Of a DNA stretch of 64,000 bases, positions 59,201 to 64,000 are shown in pieces. The notes under the pieces are model-generated. The model worked only from the letters and a program-made list of their open reading frames with translations. It made no database searches and was not told where the DNA came from. The position numbers were made by a program, and so were the translations under genes. Numbering within the stretch: the stretch's first letter is position 1; each line of letters starts with the position of its first letter. Source of the DNA: an uncultured Pseudobdellovibrionaceae bacterium (GTDB lineage Bacteria > Bdellovibrionota > Bdellovibrionia > Bdellovibrionales > UBA1609); assembly GCA_963803705.1 (NCBI GenBank), contig CAWDNU010000003.1, positions 320,001 to 384,000 on the forward strand, read 5' to 3'.

Positions 59201-60855
59201 AAATAAAAGAGGTGCCAAGAAATTATAACTGTGACCCTAATGCAGTGGCTAAAACAGTAGTGATTGAACCTGCTGATAAAATATGTCCAGAAGACGATCA
59301 AAAGACCTTTCCTGAAAGTCTTTTTACAAATGCTGGATACTCAGTTAGCAAAAACTTGTGTTTTTGGAAAGCCATAAAAAATAATTTGGTGGATCAAGGC
59401 CACTTAAATATGAAAGATCTGGGTCATACCCAATTTTTAAACAATCAAGAGTACTGGGCCGGTTACAAAACCACCGAGAACAAACCCTTCGGTGTAAAAC
59501 CAATTGGTCCTGGCCAAGGTTACTTTTTAAGATATTTTGATAAATTTAAAAACAACGGAGTCGACCCTTATTACTACGATCCAGCTTATGCCAGCATGAC
59601 AGATTATTTACTTAAAGAAATGATATGTGGAGTTGATGTGGTAAGAGGCGAGCAGATGCTTCAAAAAACCTGGGCCGACAAACTAGTTTCTTGGATTCCG
59701 GGGGGATTCTTTGAATCGGCGCCAGACTTTATTAACAAACAAGTGTCTGCCGAGTTCAAAGCGCCACGTATTGCTTTAAATGAAAATAGTATGAATCCCT
59801 GCTTTGGAGACGAAACACACAATAGATGGCGTGCAATGGGGCCATCGGGAACATCTGCTTTTTATAACTATATTGAAGACGTCAGTGATCCTAAGTTTAG
59901 TTACGGAGGAATCGTAGAATTTTTATATAAAGAAGCAGACGATTCCTTTGTTCAAGACTTTGACGGGTGGTGGAATAAATACGTCGCCCCCCAATTTTCA
60001 ATAGTGATAGATAAGCTTTACCACGATAGTTTCAATAACGACCTACTGGTGAAAAAACTTACTGAAATAGTTTCAACAGACAATACAAATTCAAACTGTG
60101 AAGAATTTTGTTTAGATTTTTCGTTTGAGCATAAAAATGGGGTTGCAGCTGCTGTAAAGCAAGAAATGGACACGTATTTTACGTATTTTTTTACTCCATT
60201 GTTAAAAGGTATACCCGTAGATCTAGAAAATTCTGAGCTAACTGATCCCAAAGAAGCCAGGTATAAACTACAAACAGATTTTGCAAATATAAGATCAGAA
60301 ATTTATGATATTTTTTATTACACATCTGGCCGGCAGTCTAAATTAAAATCTCCTGAGCTAGCAGCCCAGTACGCCGACACCTTTAAAGATATTCAAGCCG
60401 AGCTGACAGTTCAGAACCCTGAACTTGATCCAAACTATGACCTTATTAAGGTGAAAGCTTTAAGGGCACTGCTTGCGCAAAAGGATTATGAGCTTCGAAT
60501 TCTTACTCGCACCGATGATATGCCGTACTTAAATAGAATTTATGGCACATCGATCGCCTTGCTAAATGAAATGTTGCATTTAACTGAATCAGAAAAAGCA
60601 GCGGTCAAATTTAATATAGACGAAAACTTTAAAACACTAACGGCTGAATTCGACAGCCGTGAAAATAGGGAAGGCAAAGTGATTTTAAAATATCAAGACT
60701 GGCCAGCAGATCAACCTGGCTCTTGCGAAGCTGACCAAGATAAACCAAGCCCAACCTTTGCAATGGCATCATCACTTCAGCAACTAATGTTTGAAAGCAT
60801 GGATGAGCTGTTAGAACTGCAAGCCCAAAAAGGTCTGGCTAAGATAACGCCTTAA
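56221..60855 (+). CDS. Large secreted hypothetical protein (1544 aa) with a central hydrophobic helical cluster
   Basis: Signal peptide (HFSFA|D); RBS GGAGG; several Gly/Ala-rich hydrophobic segments at about aa 335-600; scattered Cys pairs. Confidence 0.75.
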   Translation: MKFIIKILLSYSLILSPMIPHFSFADDGFSRQDMAKMLMSPVDIFNESYKKNTLYINGEATTGPRVVNEYRLLGEPTNAKDLSKALRATNFLFEFSGEQLKSHPEFQKLIETSDGQKKLERLFRMAQDSLKVVTGNPAVTYQDVYTETLKQVNQDRNFRIDENNSVTRKQQTEKRDAEVIRRMQSLDSFANRYMEVVGRVSQLSQFSYDNSTPDKDIRRNLEVLRRMHDDFTPDERKRAQERFKEAQRKMSDHDFRKNYDLRNGLSTVRVPTWKANFSLKNLYQNLKGRIVLPVESPFGTKEYSHWPASAAGLEPVKGSNFMDKLKSGTIQTSHIGLALMVVIFASSEIAMINSYESNPRHFEETLEQTMSWAMPASIGSFFVGGWATDKSASLAADGLRRLNVAKRAKANLVSYVENKKMFVNDPELGSKFVKGNMQTIKASSFLERATTYKGLTGGFLISQFVYRYVNRLESCRKVLGGLESGEYTAFERNRLRQACDQTVGQMIKEIAESPDTWMQLTALLSTKALLTFGMNTAQILKYGVASSPTSARALQGASKFVPYQVKIVSRGFFANPWVSTIVGFAIFSVVFWAALEAIEWGAGRMTLQMPATQASKNIRELFRLYESRGWDMQKLCDDRNLLQGGLLDHLKPLMFWKDTIKCGDELVLAFLKQHQDANKAWRSSISDPFYESITSWLEFTFRATNMHKSAYMFYKDIAEQIKVQRNSGQKIAFIKTKNNRTHAYESLGYRNTNLYNHPLPLFRSEPYFGWDYKLRNDETTQIDYPTYDGQTVTWSERYANRTGVDDLTRRKNHFKNEVLPVAVRRLESRLRTLDTSTEYGQNQKKETESILKYLTFETDNGRGNLAFIAKGLYRIAMQVESQSNFFRCEKDGDCFWTEFQKNFLDQSLWKTNDTFTALILPSLIEVLQNYKIGLEATQIGISGGLNVSNQLISNIARKEIADVEEIIGLLNSKNRRQDIDPQSVNLGIEFIHKKIKEVPRNYNCDPNAVAKTVVIEPADKICPEDDQKTFPESLFTNAGYSVSKNLCFWKAIKNNLVDQGHLNMKDLGHTQFLNNQEYWAGYKTTENKPFGVKPIGPGQGYFLRYFDKFKNNGVDPYYYDPAYASMTDYLLKEMICGVDVVRGEQMLQKTWADKLVSWIPGGFFESAPDFINKQVSAEFKAPRIALNENSMNPCFGDETHNRWRAMGPSGTSAFYNYIEDVSDPKFSYGGIVEFLYKEADDSFVQDFDGWWNKYVAPQFSIVIDKLYHDSFNNDLLVKKLTEIVSTDNTNSNCEEFCLDFSFEHKNGVAAAVKQEMDTYFTYFFTPLLKGIPVDLENSELTDPKEARYKLQTDFANIRSEIYDIFYYTSGRQSKLKSPELAAQYADTFKDIQAELTVQNPELDPNYDLIKVKALRALLAQKDYELRILTRTDDMPYLNRIYGTSIALLNEMLHLTESEKAAVKFNIDENFKTLTAEFDSRENREGKVILKYQDWPADQPGSCEADQDKPSPTFAMASSLQQLMFESMDELLELQAQKGLAKITP

Positions 60856-60908
60856 TTTCTACAAGTGACAATTTTCGCCTGTGTCATTGAAAATATGACA
60901 GGCTGAGA

Positions 60909-60924
60909 TGGCACAATACTTGAT
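60909..60924 (+). promoter_or_regulatory. Sigma54-like promoter
   Basis: TGGCAC-AATAC-TTGAT (imperfect -12); TGTCA-N9-TGACA palindrome just upstream. Confidence 0.4.
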
Positions 60925-60946
60925 ACATAGTCCTTGGAGGGTTTGT

Positions 60947-61864
60947 ATGAAAACTTCACAAATTTTAATTTTTGTAATTGGAGTCACGATGCTTTCAGCA
61001 TGTGGTAACGACAGCTCGGGATCGGGTGGACAAAATTACACCGGAAGTAAGGCCGATATCAATTTGGCAAAGAACTTGGTTAGAGATTATTCAGACAGTG
61101 GTATTTTCTTTGAAAAAGGCTGGGTTTCTGATGATAAAGTCTTAGATAACATTATCGAGGCAGAAACTTTTGCAGGTTATGCTCAAGGATACCAGGACGT
61201 ACCAGATTCTTTTTATGCGATGAGACACGTGGGCTGTATAACAGCTGATGGTAAAGAGCTACTTACTGAGCAAGATAAACATACCCAGATGGACGTTGTG
61301 ATCGGCGAGAGTTCAACAAGAGCCACATACATTCAACAAAACAGGCAAAGTAGATGCTACTTGGGTCAGGCAAATTGGGGTCATAACATCAGTATATTCG
61401 GGATTCCTATAGACTCAAATCAAAGAAAGAAAGGCATTTTTGGCCTTCCTTCAGATATTTGCCAGGGTTATGAAGTTAGTAAAGCCTTCATTCGGATTGA
61501 TAAAAATAGGTACAAAAAAAATAATAATAAAAGACGCGACAATCGAACTAAAAATGATCCTTACTACTACAATGCAAGCTATAGGGGTGACTCGAACAGA
61601 TGGCATCCAGACAGGGATCTGTATTATGATGTTCGAAACAATAGGCACTCCACCTACGGAAGCTTCAACACCTCTGGTGAAGCCGAAGCCGATTCATTTG
61701 GTAAAATAGCCTCTGGAGAAGCGGTGTTTGTTTCTAGAACACTTAGATCTTCATCGACTAATCCAAGCTGTGATAAGGATGTATACTGGGGGTTTAAAAT
61801 TAATCCTCAAAATCCCCCACGGATTCAAATTCTAGGACGTAATCGCAGCTACTCTGACATCTAG
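60947..61864 (+). CDS. Hypothetical lipoprotein
   Basis: ATG 60947 with GGAGG RBS; lipobox LSAC; Arg/Asn/Asp/Tyr-rich insert; Cys pairs. Confidence 0.75.
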   Translation: MKTSQILIFVIGVTMLSACGNDSSGSGGQNYTGSKADINLAKNLVRDYSDSGIFFEKGWVSDDKVLDNIIEAETFAGYAQGYQDVPDSFYAMRHVGCITADGKELLTEQDKHTQMDVVIGESSTRATYIQQNRQSRCYLGQANWGHNISIFGIPIDSNQRKKGIFGLPSDICQGYEVSKAFIRIDKNRYKKNNNKRRDNRTKNDPYYYNASYRGDSNRWHPDRDLYYDVRNNRHSTYGSFNTSGEAEADSFGKIASGEAVFVSRTLRSSSTNPSCDKDVYWGFKINPQNPPRIQILGRNRSYSDI

Positions 61865-61973
61865 CCCAGCTTATAACTAAATTAAAAATTTGGTTCTAAG
61901 CTTGATTGCTGCTCCTATTAACAATTTCAGATATTAACCGAATTGAAACCACTTAGCCCTTTTAGGGCTACAA

Positions 61974-62012
61974 TTTAGTCTAAGAGTTTAGGCTAAGAAT
62001 CTAGCCTAAGAA
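61974..62012. repeat. Three 13-bp tandem units with palindromic (T/C)TAGnCTAA cores
   Basis: tttagtctaagag tttaggctaagaa tctagcctaagaa. Confidence 0.75.
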
Positions 62013-62098
62013 TTTTCAAAATGCTTGAAATTATGGTTAAAAATACTATTTAATCTTATCAGCGGCCCGTGATATAAGTTTTAAAGAGGAATTAATTT

Positions 62099-63067
62099 AT
62101 GGTTTTATACTTTGGACTTGGCTTGTTCTTTGTCTTCGTAGCCACTTCGATTAGCTACGTTTACGCCTATAGAGGTCATGAAAGGTTTGCTAGTTTTGAC
62201 GAGTATGTGCGAAAAGGCTGGCCAATTTTTACCCCTCTGAATTGCATTCTATATATTTTTACTCAAAGTCGGGCTAAAAAAGCCATTATTTCTGTTGAAG
62301 ATTTCCCCGAACTTAAAGTGATCCAAGACCAGTGGAAGCTTATTTCCGAAGAGGCTCAAGGTTTACTTGAAAAAGGATATTTTGATCACACAAAAAACCC
62401 GGAAAACAATGCTTATTATGATATTGGCTTCAGAACTTTCTATAAATACGGTTGGAGCAAGTTTTATTTAAAGTGGTACGGGTACACACATAATTCTGCA
62501 CTTGAACATTGCCCTAAAACCGTCGAAGTTTTAAAATCAGTTAAAAGTGTAAATGGTGCAATGTTTTCTTATTTGCCAGTGGGCTCACAGCTAACAAGGC
62601 ATTTAGACCCAGTTGCATGCTCGCTTAGATACCATTTAGGTTTAAAAACTCCAGAATCGGATAGCTGTTTTATAAACGTGGATGGGCAAAATTATTCTTG
62701 GCGAGACGGTGAAGGCTTTATTTTTGACGAAACCTATCTACATTTTGCAAAGAACAACTCTGAAAAGCCAAGGCTTATACTTATGTGCGACGTCGAGCGA
62801 CCAATGTTTCTAATTGGACCGCTGATAAATTTGATCTATAAGGTCGCCATGAGAATGTCGATTGTTCCTAATACAGCTGAAGACAAACGGGGCATCGCAA
62901 ATAAAGTTTTTTCAAATTTGGCGCCATTTCTTAAATATACAAAAAGTTTAAAGCAAACTAGTCCAAGGTCTTATAAGCTAATTAAACACTCAGTAAATTT
63001 TATATTACTTTTAGTCCTAGTTGGTTTGATCTCGTTAATCTTATACGGTTTGAGCCACTTAATATAG
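62099..63067 (+). CDS. lpxO: Lipid A hydroxylase LpxO / Asp-Asn beta-hydroxylase family Fe(II)/2OG dioxygenase
   Basis: Motifs YDIGFRTFYKYGWSKFYLKWYG, HLDP..CSLRYHLGL, YSWRDGE..IFDETYLHFA.N, RLILMCDVERP; N- and C-terminal TMs. Confidence 0.85.
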   Translation: MVLYFGLGLFFVFVATSISYVYAYRGHERFASFDEYVRKGWPIFTPLNCILYIFTQSRAKKAIISVEDFPELKVIQDQWKLISEEAQGLLEKGYFDHTKNPENNAYYDIGFRTFYKYGWSKFYLKWYGYTHNSALEHCPKTVEVLKSVKSVNGAMFSYLPVGSQLTRHLDPVACSLRYHLGLKTPESDSCFINVDGQNYSWRDGEGFIFDETYLHFAKNNSEKPRLILMCDVERPMFLIGPLINLIYKVAMRMSIVPNTAEDKRGIANKVFSNLAPFLKYTKSLKQTSPRSYKLIKHSVNFILLLVLVGLISLILYGLSHLI

Positions 63068-63289
63068 ATTCACTTAGATATAGTGTCAGACTGAATATAA
63101 GCCGTTACAAATTAAAATTCTTAGCTTTGTGTAACATAAGAAAAATTATAAGAAACTATTGATTATTCTCCTCCTGGGCTGACTTCATTCAGTTAGAATC
63201 TCTCCTAACGGCTAAATCTCTGTCCAAAGATAGTAAATGCATGGCGATATGTGTAAAATTATAGTCAGTAGAATTCGATATGGGTGGCT

Positions 63290-64000
63290 ATGCATTTAAA
63301 ATCATGTATGCGCTTAGTGGCGCTATGCTTTTTGTACTTAATTGCTTCTGGAGCTAATGCCCAAGGCTGCAAAAATGTTTCGGAAATAATATGGTCAGAC
63401 GAGCTGTTATATTACTATTTTAAAACACCGGGCATAAAAGTTATCCCATTTCCAAGCAGCCTTTGTGACTTTAAAAGCCAAATTATTTTCAAAAACATCA
63501 AAGGCAAAACTGTCGGAAAGTTTGAAATCAACACTAGGGAAAGACATCGGTACGATGATCTAAGAGCAAACTCAAAAAGAACTCCTGAGATTGTTAAGCG
63601 TTACCACAATTCATTAATTAAAGAGATCAAACCCACTGTCCTTGCCGATATAATATTTAAAGCATTAGGTTTTAATTTTTTGGATGACTTCAATAATAAA
63701 ATCCAATTTGTCAGTGGGCGGTTTACCGGTAATCGTAGAAAATTAACTTGGAACCCCTACTCTATGCCTAAAAAACACTGGAACGCAGTAAATATTACTT
63801 ATAAACAGCTAATACAGTTCTACGCTAAACCTAACGTGAAATTTATGTATCTGGAAGATGATGAGTCCTACTTGTTTCCTAAGGTACAAAAAGTGGATCA
63901 TAACCTTTCAAATATTCTGAAATTTGAAATTCCTGACTATATGTTTCTTAATTTTATGACTAAATCAAGATCAGATGAGGAAGTCGTTTTGTTTTCTAGC
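63290..64000 (+). CDS. Secreted hypothetical protein, 3'-truncated by the window edge (absent from the ORF track)
   Basis: ATG 63290 MHLKSCMRLVALCFLYLIASGANA|QGC...; frame open to the window end. Confidence 0.65.
   Translation, partial: MHLKSCMRLVALCFLYLIASGANAQGCKNVSEIIWSDELLYYYFKTPGIKVIPFPSSLCDFKSQIIFKNIKGKTVGKFEINTRERHRYDDLRANSKRTPEIVKRYHNSLIKEIKPTVLADIIFKALGFNFLDDFNNKIQFVSGRFTGNRRKLTWNPYSMPKKHWNAVNITYKQLIQFYAKPNVKFMYLEDDESYLFPKVQKVDHNLSNILKFEIPDYMFLNFMTKSRSDEEVVLFSS

Overview
This low-GC bacterial chromosomal window is most consistent with a Bdellovibrionota (Bdellovibrio-like predator). That assignment is inferred from the Agl-Glt gliding operon, the many secreted hypothetical proteins, the pilin-like genes and the sigma28/sigma54 promoter motifs. 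In order, the window holds: a 5'-truncated imuB-dnaE2 mutagenesis cassette; hflX and maeB; a fadI-fadJ-type beta-oxidation pair; DUF4254-GT9-manC; a 10-gene Agl-Glt-type motor/gliding operon; a PP2C-like phosphatase and a Ser/Thr kinase flanking tRNA-fMet; an ~10 kb accessory cluster (30.9-41.2 kb); trhO; an ABC-2 exporter; the ffh-rpsP-khpA-rimM-trmD-rplS-rnhB-yraN block; three secreted orphans, each behind a sigma54-like promoter; and lpxO. Best candidates for new biology: (1) an in-frame fusion of a His-box fatty-acid hydroxylase/sterol desaturase to a type IV pilin-like domain with an internal prepilin-peptidase site, clustered with two HTTM/gamma-carboxylase-like proteins, a beta-propeller and a pilin with an Asp/Gly tail; (2) unannotated small RNAs presenting CANGGAUG hairpins (CsrA/RsmA-sponge-like), one behind a sigma54 promoter; (3) a small transcript with a 12-nt perfect Shine-Dalgarno and a 17-codon ORF. 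Other oddities are a perfect 70-bp inverted repeat, an rnhB with no canonical start codon, and an ExbD/AglQ-like subunit lacking the channel Asp. All calls come from reading motifs by eye; no database searches were run.
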